DNA from: an uncultured Planctomycetia bacterium
GTDB taxonomy: Bacteria; Omnitrophota; Gorgyraeia; 2-02-FULL-51-18
Length of the DNA: 64,000 nucleotides
Reading direction: 5' to 3'
Assembly (NCBI GenBank): GCA_964402785.1
Contig: CAYODQ010000001.1
Coordinates: 18,124 to 82,123, forward strand
Shown piece after piece: positions 20,165 to 28,208 of the stretch. The position numbers and the translations under genes are program-made. The notes under the pieces were generated by a model. That model did no database searches. It saw only the letters and a list, made by a program, of their open reading frames with translations, and was not told the DNA's origin. The stretch's first letter is position 1. Every line of letters begins with the position of its first letter.

Positions 20165-21361
20165 GTGTCCGACGATCGCTTTAGGCTTCTGTTTGAACAT
20201 TCCTCCGATGCGCATTTCATCATTATTGATGACGTTATTACTGATTGTAATCAAGCCACGGTTTCACTGCTGAACGCTAAAAGCAAAGAAGATGTTTTAA
20301 AGATCCATCCCGGACTGCTCTCTCCTGAGTTTCAGCCGGATGGAAGGTTATCGCGCGATAAACTGATCGAAATGGATTGGGTCGCAAGAGAAAAAGGGTT
20401 CCACCGATTCGAATGGGTCCATCGTAAGCTCACAGGCGAAGATTTTCCGGTTCAGGTAACGCTCAACACGCTGGAGATCGGCGGGCGGCCCGGCATGATC
20501 GCAGTCTGGCATGACCTGACGGAGCTCAAAGAAAAGGAATCCGAGCTCAGGCAAGCGCATGACAAGATGAGGGCGGATCTTGAAGCAGCAGCTGTGATCC
20601 AGCGGTCGCTTCTTCCGGTATCCTCGCCGCGCGTGAAGGGCCTTCGTTCGGGTTGGGCTTTCAAGCCTTCGGATGAATTGGGAGGGGATATTCTTAATAT
20701 TTTCCCTTTAGATGAAAAGCATGTCGGGATGTACGTGTTGGATGTGACCGGCCACGGAGTCGGTGCGTCGCTTTTGTCAGTGGCCGCCAGCCATTTTCTT
20801 TCGCCATTTTCAGAAGCTTCATTTATCCGCAGCAAACTAGGCAGTCAATCAGGCTTGGCGCGGCCTGCCGAAGTAGCTGAAAAATTGAACCGTCATTTTA
20901 CCGCCAATCCGGATCTACTTCACTTGTTTACGATGCTGTATGGCGTGCTCAATGTTCAAACGCTGGAGTTTTGTTATGTATGTGCAGGCCATCCTCTCCC
21001 AATCGTAGTCTCCAAAGAAGGAAAAGCTCAAGCGGCCGCCGGTTCCGGGATGCCGATAGGTGTGGATCAAAATTTTGAGTATTCGGAGCTTTGTATGAAA
21101 CTTAAACCGGGGGATCGGTTTTATTTGTATTCAGATGGCCTGACCGAAGCAAGGGGTCGCCGGCGTGAACAGTTCGGAGAAGAGCGTCTAATGGCTCATC
21201 TGTCCCAGATGCGGCGATCGTCGTTATTTGAAAGCGCCCAAAGTGTCATTCGCGAAGTTGAAAATTGGTGCTCACCATCAAAACCGGATGACGATATGAC
21301 TCTTTTAGCTTGCGAACTGGTGGAAGGATGTGATGGCAAGACTCTTGAGGAGTGTTTATGA
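20165..21361 (+). CDS. PAS-domain SpoIIE/RsbU-type PP2C phosphatase
   Basis: PAS (LSPEFQPDG, FEWVH) then ELGGD, DVTGHG, AGHP, YSDGLTE, DDMT. Confidence 0.9.
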   Translation: MSDDRFRLLFEHSSDAHFIIIDDVITDCNQATVSLLNAKSKEDVLKIHPGLLSPEFQPDGRLSRDKLIEMDWVAREKGFHRFEWVHRKLTGEDFPVQVTLNTLEIGGRPGMIAVWHDLTELKEKESELRQAHDKMRADLEAAAVIQRSLLPVSSPRVKGLRSGWAFKPSDELGGDILNIFPLDEKHVGMYVLDVTGHGVGASLLSVAASHFLSPFSEASFIRSKLGSQSGLARPAEVAEKLNRHFTANPDLLHLFTMLYGVLNVQTLEFCYVCAGHPLPIVVSKEGKAQAAAGSGMPIGVDQNFEYSELCMKLKPGDRFYLYSDGLTEARGRRREQFGEERLMAHLSQMRRSSLFESAQSVIREVENWCSPSKPDDDMTLLACELVEGCDGKTLEECL

Positions 21362-21705
21362 AAAAATCCGAATTTCTAACCTATATCCTCGAAGATGCCA
21401 TGCGTGAGGTGAGGGGGATCACGGCGAAAGCCATGTTTGGAGGATATGGCCTCTATAAAAATGGGGTTATATTCAGCATCCTGGTCGAAGATGAGCTTTA
21501 TTTCAAAGTCGATGATAAAAATCGAGCTCAATTTGAAAAGCGAAAGTCATCACCATTTTCATATGAAACCAAAAAAGGCAAAAGAGTGGCCATGTCCTAC
21601 TGGAAACTCCCCGCCGATATCCTCGAAGACCCCTCCCAGCTAAGCATTTGGATAGACGCCTCCGTCCAGGCCACCAAACGTTCCACAGCCAAAAAGAAAA
21701 CATAG
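21358..21705 (+). CDS. TfoX/Sxy N-terminal domain protein
   Basis: AKAMFGGYGLY, LYFKVD, MSYWKLP. Confidence 0.88.
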   Translation: MKKSEFLTYILEDAMREVRGITAKAMFGGYGLYKNGVIFSILVEDELYFKVDDKNRAQFEKRKSSPFSYETKKGKRVAMSYWKLPADILEDPSQLSIWIDASVQATKRSTAKKKT

Positions 21706-21730
21706 CTCTTTTTATATTTCTCTCTCACGC

Positions 21731-22031
21731 CTATCATGTAGTCGGTAACAGGTTTCGCTTTTGCCCACCCTTGCCCTTTTCCTCGCATAGCTTTGTCATA
21801 AATGGCATGGACCCCTGCCTGCCGGCAGGCAGGCTCGCCAAAAGTCCGTTGGCCTCGAAGGTACACTCGTGCGGTATGCCTAAAAGAGCCATGACGCACT
21901 CGCGCTATATTAAAGGCTCGGCCAATGGGACTTTCAAGTGGCGTCTCCATTGCCATTTATGACAAAGCTATAAGCGCTCGGAAAAGGCCGGGATTGGTCA
22001 AAAACGAAACCTGTTACCGACTAGATGCTAG
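21731..22031 (-). repeat. Long hairpin element family 2, copy A (carries the 20-bp palindrome)
   Basis: Perfect 19-bp (TAGTCGGTAACAGGTTTCG) and 21-bp (ATAGCTTTGTCATAAATGGCA) IR segments separated by bulges; homologous to 22077-22348 in the opposite orientation. Confidence 0.88.
21814..21833. mobile_element. 20-bp perfect palindrome CCTGCCTGCCGGCAGGCAGG
   Basis: Read directly; absent at the homologous position 22266/22267 of copy B. Confidence 0.8.
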
Positions 22032-22076
22032 ACGGGCACTCGGCTATTAATTGATCTATCAGGGCGAGTGCCAGTT

Positions 22077-22348
22077 TAGAGCCTAAGCCGTTGCTCGATC
22101 TTTGTTTTCTTTGTTCCCGGCCCTTTTGGAGCGCTTATGGTTTTGTTGTAAGTCGTTTGGAGACGGCACGAGCCCTGAGTTTAGAGTCTAGCGAGCTGGA
22201 AATCCACCGGACGCTTCGCCCTGTTGATATAGGACTACTACCGAAGCGTCTTGGATTTTGTCCGAGGATCCAAATGACTTACAACAAAACCATGCGAGAA
22301 AAGGGGTAAGGGCAAAGAAAATAAAGATCGAGCGACGGCTTGCATCTA
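22077..22348 (+). repeat. Long hairpin element family 2, copy B
   Basis: 29-bp IR AAGCCGTTGCTCGATCTTTGTTTTCTTTG / CAAAGAAAATAAAGATCGAGCGACGGCTT (two G-T wobbles), second stem ATGGTTTTGTTGTAAGTC / GACTTACAACAAAACCAT, inner GACGCTTCG / CGAAGCGTC. Confidence 0.88.
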
Positions 22349-22415
22349 TGACTTAGAGAGATAATTGAAAGGTTCTTCTTGGATAAACGATATTTGCGTT
22401 ATAATGAGGTACTGT

Positions 22416-23714
22416 ATGGATCTCTTCGAGTCGCGCTCTCAGGGTAGTTCTGGACATGAACCTCTTGCTGTTCGTATGCGGCCGTCTTTGTTGGCGGAAT
22501 ATACGGGGCAGGAGCATATATTGGCGCCGGGGAAATTGCTGCATCGCGCCATTATTTCGGATCGAATTTCATCGATCATTCTTTATGGACCGCCGGGTAC
22601 AGGCAAGACCACCCTCGCGACGGTTATCTCCAATGAAACCAAGTCACATTTTGAGGCGTTGAATGCGGTTTCCAGCAGCGTTGCTGAGATCCGCAAAGTC
22701 ATAGAGGGCGCCAAGCAGCGTATCGCTGTTAAAAAGCAAAAGACGATCTTGTTCATCGACGAGATCCATCGGTTCTCAAAGTCGCAGCAAGATGTTCTTA
22801 TGCCGGATGTGGAGAGGGGGAATCCGATCCTTATTGGTGCGACGACACAAAATCCATTTTTTTCGATCGTACCGGCGCTTTTGTCTCGATCGCTCGTGTT
22901 TGAGCTGAAGTCTCTCTCGGAAGCGCATATACAAAAAATCATTCTCAATGCTTTGCAAAATAAAGAGAAGGGGTTGGGAGCGTTCCCGGTCCAGTTGGAT
23001 ACAGATGCTCTGGAGCTGCTGTCGATCAAGTGTGATGGCGATGCGCGCCGGGCTTTAAATGCGTTGGAGATCGGGGTATTGACGACGCCCAGGAATGAGT
23101 CGGGGCAGATCGTTTTCACAAGAGATGTTGCGGAAGAGTCTATCCAAAAAAAAGCCGTTGTTTATGATGCGGATGGGGATGGGCATTATGATACGATATC
23201 TGCATTCATTAAGTCGATGCGCGGCTCGGATCCGGATGCGTCGCTTTATTATCTGGCCAAGATGCTGTATGCCGGCGAGGATCCAAGATTTGTCGCACGT
23301 CGTATCGTGATCTGTGCTTCCGAAGATGTGGGCAACGCTGATCCTAGGGCGCTCATGATCGCCAATGCTGCATTTCAGGCAGCGGAGTACCTGGGGATGC
23401 CGGAGGCTAGGATACCGCTGGCTCAAGCTGTGGTTTATATTGCATGCGCACCCAAATCGAATGCCAGCTATCTAGCCATCGATAAAGCTTTGAAGGATAT
23501 AGCCGAAAATAAAACACTGGAAGTGCCCAAGCATCTAAAAGATGCCAGTTATAAAGGGGCGCAGGTGTTGGGTCATGGTGAGGGATATAAATATGCCCAC
23601 GATTATGAGGGGCATGTCGTGGCGCAAGACTATCTTGAAAAGCGAATTCAATATTACTTTCCAACAGATCAAGGATATGAAAAAACTATGAAACAGAATT
23701 TGAGGAAGTCGTGA
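22416..23714 (+). CDS. rarA: Replication-associated recombination protein A (MgsA)
   Basis: PLAVRMRP, GPPGTGKTT, FIDEIHRF, SAFIKSMRGSDPDA, SEDVGNADP, YKYAHDY. Confidence 0.95.
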   Translation: MDLFESRSQGSSGHEPLAVRMRPSLLAEYTGQEHILAPGKLLHRAIISDRISSIILYGPPGTGKTTLATVISNETKSHFEALNAVSSSVAEIRKVIEGAKQRIAVKKQKTILFIDEIHRFSKSQQDVLMPDVERGNPILIGATTQNPFFSIVPALLSRSLVFELKSLSEAHIQKIILNALQNKEKGLGAFPVQLDTDALELLSIKCDGDARRALNALEIGVLTTPRNESGQIVFTRDVAEESIQKKAVVYDADGDGHYDTISAFIKSMRGSDPDASLYYLAKMLYAGEDPRFVARRIVICASEDVGNADPRALMIANAAFQAAEYLGMPEARIPLAQAVVYIACAPKSNASYLAIDKALKDIAENKTLEVPKHLKDASYKGAQVLGHGEGYKYAHDYEGHVVAQDYLEKRIQYYFPTDQGYEKTMKQNLRKS

Positions 23715-24679
23715 GAGATTTTAGATCCCAAAGGCAAGGCGGCAACAATCATTGGCGCTCTCAGACGGCGCATGGCCGCAGACCGATGCATCAGCCTGCC
23801 GTTCGGCAAGCAGATGAGTTTGAGAAAAAATTTTATGCAGGCACCGCTGTAGATCCATCGCCGCGGATCCGGCTCGAGTCGGGCAGCTCGGAGCTGACGA
23901 TGCGCGCTATGGATCTGATCTGTCCGATAGGGATGGGGCAAAGGGGTTTGATCGTAGCACCGCCCGGTTCCGGAAAGACCACTTTTTTGAAGCATATTTG
24001 TCAGTCGGTCGCAAAAGGTTATCCGGATATCAAATTGTACTGCCTCTTGATCAATGAGAGGCCGGAGGAAGTTACGGATTTTAAACGCAGTGTGGCTGCG
24101 ACGGTTAAAGCATCATCATCCGACGAAAGTTACGAGCAGCATATTCGCGCTGCGGATGAATTATTGAGAGAGGCGTTTCGCGAGGTCTCGGAGGGAAAGA
24201 ATGTTATGATCGTGATCGATTCTCTGACGCGCCTTGCTCGCGTGCACAATGCCGAGCGCCATTCGAGTGGTCGCACGTTGTCAGGCGGTGTGGATGCGAG
24301 AGCTTTGGAGGCGCCCAGGAGGATATTTGGCGCCGCCAGAAAGATCGAGAACGGGGGATCGCTCACGATGTTGGCGACGATCCTGGTACAGACAGGTAGC
24401 CGTATGGACGATGTGATCTTTGAGGAATTTAAAGGCACGGGCAATATGGAGATCGTCTTGTCCAGAGAGATATCTGGCCGGCGTATTTTTCCGGCGATTG
24501 ACATTCCCAAGAGCGGTACCCGAAGAGAGGAGTTGTTGTTAGGCTCCGAAGAACTTCTGAAGGTGCGCAAGTTGCGCCGTACTCTGGCGGAATTGGGCGC
24601 AGTCGATGCGGCAAGGACATTGGTCGAACATCTAGAAAAACATCGGAATAATCAGGAATTATTGGACGCAATTCGATGA
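23711..24679 (+). CDS. Rho-like ATPase, short form lacking the N-terminal RNA-binding domain
   Basis: [55 protein letters not shown]; no GFGFLR domain. Confidence 0.9.
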   Translation: MRDFRSQRQGGNNHWRSQTAHGRRPMHQPAVRQADEFEKKFYAGTAVDPSPRIRLESGSSELTMRAMDLICPIGMGQRGLIVAPPGSGKTTFLKHICQSVAKGYPDIKLYCLLINERPEEVTDFKRSVAATVKASSSDESYEQHIRAADELLREAFREVSEGKNVMIVIDSLTRLARVHNAERHSSGRTLSGGVDARALEAPRRIFGAARKIENGGSLTMLATILVQTGSRMDDVIFEEFKGTGNMEIVLSREISGRRIFPAIDIPKSGTRREELLLGSEELLKVRKLRRTLAELGAVDAARTLVEHLEKHRNNQELLDAIR

Positions 24680-24696
24680 GCGATGGGGGATATACC

Positions 24697-25080
24697 ATGA
24701 AAAAAAGGGCATGGCCCATATTGCGCAGCTTTTATAAAGCCAGTATTTTGTATTATCTTTGGTTGCTTGTTTTGATTGGTAAGAAGTTTTGGCCCCAGAT
24801 TGTGTTTTGGTATGAAAGTGGATTTTTGGTAGCGTATTTCTTTCTTCCCTGCGCTCAGCTTTTTCTTCTTTGGCTTCATTTGGCAATATTGCGAGGGATT
24901 GCCAAGGATCAGCCGTGGGCGCTCATGGGCAGTTTATTGGTGGCCGGCACTCACACAATGTGTGCGATAGCTTTGCCGGGGCTAGATATTTACACAAGGT
25001 ACTTTTTGATCGCATCCGCAGCTGTATTCCTTTCAACTCTCACTCAGTTTTTCCTCCGTCTGGCCGAACTGCGTTCATAA
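24697..25080 (+). CDS. Hypothetical membrane protein (about 4 TM)
   Basis: Hydrophobic segments; GGGGGA RBS before ATG 24697; operon-like spacing. Confidence 0.6.
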   Translation: MKKRAWPILRSFYKASILYYLWLLVLIGKKFWPQIVFWYESGFLVAYFFLPCAQLFLLWLHLAILRGIAKDQPWALMGSLLVAGTHTMCAIALPGLDIYTRYFLIASAAVFLSTLTQFFLRLAELRS

Positions 25081-25083
25081 TCC

Positions 25084-25953
25084 ATGAAGAAATGCGTTTA
25101 TTTTGCTTTTCACGGTGGTTTGAACGAATATTTCGAAAAAGGGCTTGAAGTAGCCGTTCGTAGTGTGCGCTTTACCAACCCGCATTTGCCGGTTTTTGTT
25201 CTCCATGATGGGTTTTCGGATGAGCAAAAAAGAAAGCTGAATGGATGCGAATTCATAAAAATAGATCCTTCGTATCTCACCAATGATCATCGCGGGGATC
25301 TTACCGTGGGTGCTTATTTTAAGTTATTCGTTGAAAAACTGACCGATTTTGACCGGGTTCTTTATTTGGACAGCGATCTAGTCGTTTTGGATGATCTTGA
25401 GCCGATCTTCTCGTATCGAGGGCCCGTCGCTGCTAGGCGAGAGATGTATACCCTTGCACACGAATTTTCAGACCCTGAGTCCGTCAAGCGCCGCGAAGGT
25501 TTGACAGATCAAAGTTTTTTTCTGAATAGTGGTGTGATGCTGCTGGATCCCCGTTATTGGGCGGCCGAAAAGATACTGGATCAATGTTTTGAGATCGCCC
25601 GATCTTATGGGTGGGAGTTTTTTAAAAATGCCGATCAAGGGATCTTGAATATTTTGTTTCATCGTTATGGTCGTTTTACCGAACTTCCGAGAGAATACAA
25701 TTATTGTCTTTGGCCGGATATGGCGTGTAGTCTTTACTCACATACCATTAAAAACAAAAGGAATTTGCGGGCTCCCGTTATTTTGACGCGAACCCAGCAG
25801 CGATTGGCGGCGATGGGCCTGCCGGGGCCCTGGAAGAGAGGGGTTTCGGCTCGTGTGGTTCATTGGAATGGTCGCGAGAAGCCTTGGAAGAATGAATCGT
25901 TAGAAGACAAAAAAGTTAAATATTATAGATCGGTGTACGAGCAGTTTTTATAA
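25084..25953 (+). CDS. Glycosyltransferase family 8
   Basis: RVLYLDSDLVV, LNSGVMLL, ADQGILN, HWNGREKPW. Confidence 0.9.
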   Translation: MKKCVYFAFHGGLNEYFEKGLEVAVRSVRFTNPHLPVFVLHDGFSDEQKRKLNGCEFIKIDPSYLTNDHRGDLTVGAYFKLFVEKLTDFDRVLYLDSDLVVLDDLEPIFSYRGPVAARREMYTLAHEFSDPESVKRREGLTDQSFFLNSGVMLLDPRYWAAEKILDQCFEIARSYGWEFFKNADQGILNILFHRYGRFTELPREYNYCLWPDMACSLYSHTIKNKRNLRAPVILTRTQQRLAAMGLPGPWKRGVSARVVHWNGREKPWKNESLEDKKVKYYRSVYEQFL

Positions 25954-25963
25954 AGACCTCGAC

Positions 25964-25992
25964 TTGACTAATCAAATCCCGTCATCCATACT
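25964..25992 (+). promoter_or_regulatory. Sigma70-type promoter for the PhyH gene
   Basis: TTGACT-17 bp-CATACT, 9 nt before ATG 26002. Confidence 0.55.
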
Positions 25993-26001
25993 CTGCTACC
26001 T

Positions 26002-26814
26002 ATGACCACCCGCGTGGAATTCAACCAAAATGGCTATATCGCGCTAAGGAACTTTTTCACCCAAGACGAGGTAAAAGAACTCCACGAAGAGATTAAAGTC
26101 ACCTCACATTATTATGATAAGCCAGCCGACGAAGATACAAATCGGATGCATTTTTTTCACAATCTATACCGCCGTAGTAAAAATCTTCAAAATTTCTGCA
26201 GCCAGCCAAAACTCATCCGTCTTTTGAGACAATTTGCCGGTTCGTCTTTTTGGATAAGATGGGATCATGCGGTGCTTAAAAATTCTGGCGGAGAAGAATA
26301 CCCATGGCATCAGGACAATGGATACAGCAAGGTCAAGGACGCATCCTTTCAATTATGGGTGGCTTTGACGGATGCCGATGAGAAAACGGGTGGGTTGCAA
26401 TTTCAAAAGGGCAGCCATCTCAGGGGACATCAACTTCATAAGCCGCACAAGGGACGACATATCATTTGTGACGCCAAGGTGGGTGAAGAGGTATTGGTTC
26501 ACGCCAAGGCGGGGGATGTGGTCATTTTTTCATCGATGATCTTGCATCGTAGCGAGTCCAATAAGTCTGACGGGGAAAGATGGGTTTATATTGTGGAGTA
26601 TATGAAGTCAAAACACTATGATCCTACCATCAAGCCGCCGTATTTCATGGTGGCAAAAAATGGTGAGCCCAAACCAAGATTTGTATCTACGTTTCGGGGT
26701 AAATTAAGCCCACTCAACCAACTTAAATATTATCGCTACATTCCAGCCGTTCAAAAGGCTCGTCATTTTGGGCGGCAAACGTTGAATGCGCTGACCGGCC
26801 ATTCTAAGGGATGA
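26002..26814 (+). CDS. PhyH-family Fe(II)/2-oxoglutarate dioxygenase
   Basis: PWHQDNGY, WVALTDA..TGGL..QKGSH, AGDVVIFS..LHRS..N.S...R. Confidence 0.88.
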   Translation: MTTRVEFNQNGYIALRNFFTQDEVKELHEEIKVTSHYYDKPADEDTNRMHFFHNLYRRSKNLQNFCSQPKLIRLLRQFAGSSFWIRWDHAVLKNSGGEEYPWHQDNGYSKVKDASFQLWVALTDADEKTGGLQFQKGSHLRGHQLHKPHKGRHIICDAKVGEEVLVHAKAGDVVIFSSMILHRSESNKSDGERWVYIVEYMKSKHYDPTIKPPYFMVAKNGEPKPRFVSTFRGKLSPLNQLKYYRYIPAVQKARHFGRQTLNALTGHSKG

Positions 26815-27686
26815 GTCGCCCTCACATTTTATTTGTTTCCCTCAATAAACGGTTCTTGGATTATGCGAACTGTTTTCTTAAGTCTCTGGATAAGGCGTAT
26901 CCTGATCACCCGGAGCTCATTATTTATCACACGGATCTGAGTGAAGAAGAGTGTGCCGGGTTAAGGAGATTTGCCCGTGTCACAACCGTCCAAGTAGGTT
27001 TTGAAGAATTTAAAACCGGTCCTGCGATGGCCAGCCATCATCCCAAATTTGCCGACCCACGGATCAGCTATTCACGATTTTTGATATGGACACGGCGTTT
27101 TGACGCTTATGAAACCGTGGTGCATTTGGACACCGATATTATCGTGCGGGGCTCGCTTGAGCCTCTTTTAAACACGGATAAATTTTTGATCTATCCTGAA
27201 ACATACACAGGGGATGATGCTATTTTTTATAACAGGAAGGATCCAAAGCTGATCAAGCTTTTGAGCGAAGATGGCATCGCGATGCCCACGCGTGCCGCCA
27301 ATGCGGGTATTTTTGCGATCCCCAGATCGCTCCGAACGCAGGAGAATTATGAACTATTGAATCATCTGATCGATCGGTACGATGAACATATCAAATGGTC
27401 AGATCAGTCCATCCTTAATCTTTGGATGGCCAAAAAAGGCATCCCGCTCACCGAGGACTTCACGTTCAATTTTCAGAACAGATTGTTATACAAGGATAAG
27501 GCTAGAGAAGTTCAGCATGCAAAAATATTCCATCTGAATGGTGTTGATCTGGCTTATCGTCTATTTCTCATGCAAACTCTCTCGCAAATCCACCGCTGGC
27601 CCGGTGGATGGATCCTTTACCGCTCTCTAGAAAAGATCTGCCAACGCCTCATCAAAATCTGGCGCTCACGCCCACGCCTCACCTAA
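26811..27686 (+). CDS. Glycosyltransferase family 8
   Basis: VHLDTDII, NAGIF, SDQSILN, IFHLNG. Confidence 0.85.
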   Translation: MSRPHILFVSLNKRFLDYANCFLKSLDKAYPDHPELIIYHTDLSEEECAGLRRFARVTTVQVGFEEFKTGPAMASHHPKFADPRISYSRFLIWTRRFDAYETVVHLDTDIIVRGSLEPLLNTDKFLIYPETYTGDDAIFYNRKDPKLIKLLSEDGIAMPTRAANAGIFAIPRSLRTQENYELLNHLIDRYDEHIKWSDQSILNLWMAKKGIPLTEDFTFNFQNRLLYKDKAREVQHAKIFHLNGVDLAYRLFLMQTLSQIHRWPGGWILYRSLEKICQRLIKIWRSRPRLT

Positions 27687-27746
27687 ATTAAGCAAGATCC
27701 AATTGCCGGAAATTCCCAAGGGCGCTTCTGGATTTTTGTGGCGTGG

Positions 27747-27805
27747 TATTGATAAGTAGAATTGTATGATGTATAATATTGATAAGATATAGTAATTATT
27801 GATAA
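27747..27805 (+). promoter_or_regulatory. Three TATTGATAA direct repeats in an AT-rich promoter region
   Basis: Copies at 27747, 27777 and 27797; TATAAT at 27772. Confidence 0.5.
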
Positions 27806-27820
27806 TTGTGGAGACGGGTT

Positions 27821-28198
27821 ATGAGGAAGAGAATTCTCGTGGTGGATGACGAGAAAAATATCACAATTTTTTTAAGAAGCTATTTAGAGGATACCGGTCA
27901 TTACACGGTCATGACTGAAAATGTTGGTTTGAATGCGATCGAAACAGCCAGGAAGTTTAAGCCGGATCTGATTTTGCTGGATATTATGATGAAGGACGTG
28001 AGTGGTGATAGCCTGGCCGACGAGATCAAGAACGACCCGGATCTTCATAATGTCCCTATAGTTTTTTTGACAGGTATCGTCACCAAGGAAGAGGTAGAGG
28101 CCAACGGTGGTATTATTGGTGGTTACACCTACATCGCAAAGCCCATATTGGCCATGCATGAACTTATCGATTGCATAGAAGCCAACCTTATCAAGTGA
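27821..28198 (+). CDS. Single-domain response regulator
   Basis: ILVVDDE, PDLILLDIMM, FLTG, YIAKP. Confidence 0.9.
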   Translation: MRKRILVVDDEKNITIFLRSYLEDTGHYTVMTENVGLNAIETARKFKPDLILLDIMMKDVSGDSLADEIKNDPDLHNVPIVFLTGIVTKEEVEANGGIIGGYTYIAKPILAMHELIDCIEANLIK

Positions 28199-28208
28199 GC
28201 CATTTTCT

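Noticed and set aside
21597-22309. ORFs 21597-21956 (-), 21648-21962 (+) and 22091-22309 (+)
   Set aside because: They run across the hairpin elements (PACRQAG/CLPAGR is just the translated 20-bp palindrome) and have no recognisable domain.
21731-22348. Integron attC sites or CRISPR array
   Set aside because: The TAAC/GTTA pair is internal and does not fit RYYYAAC...GTTRRRY ends; the elements are longer than typical attC sites; there are no regularly spaced direct repeats, integrase or cas genes.
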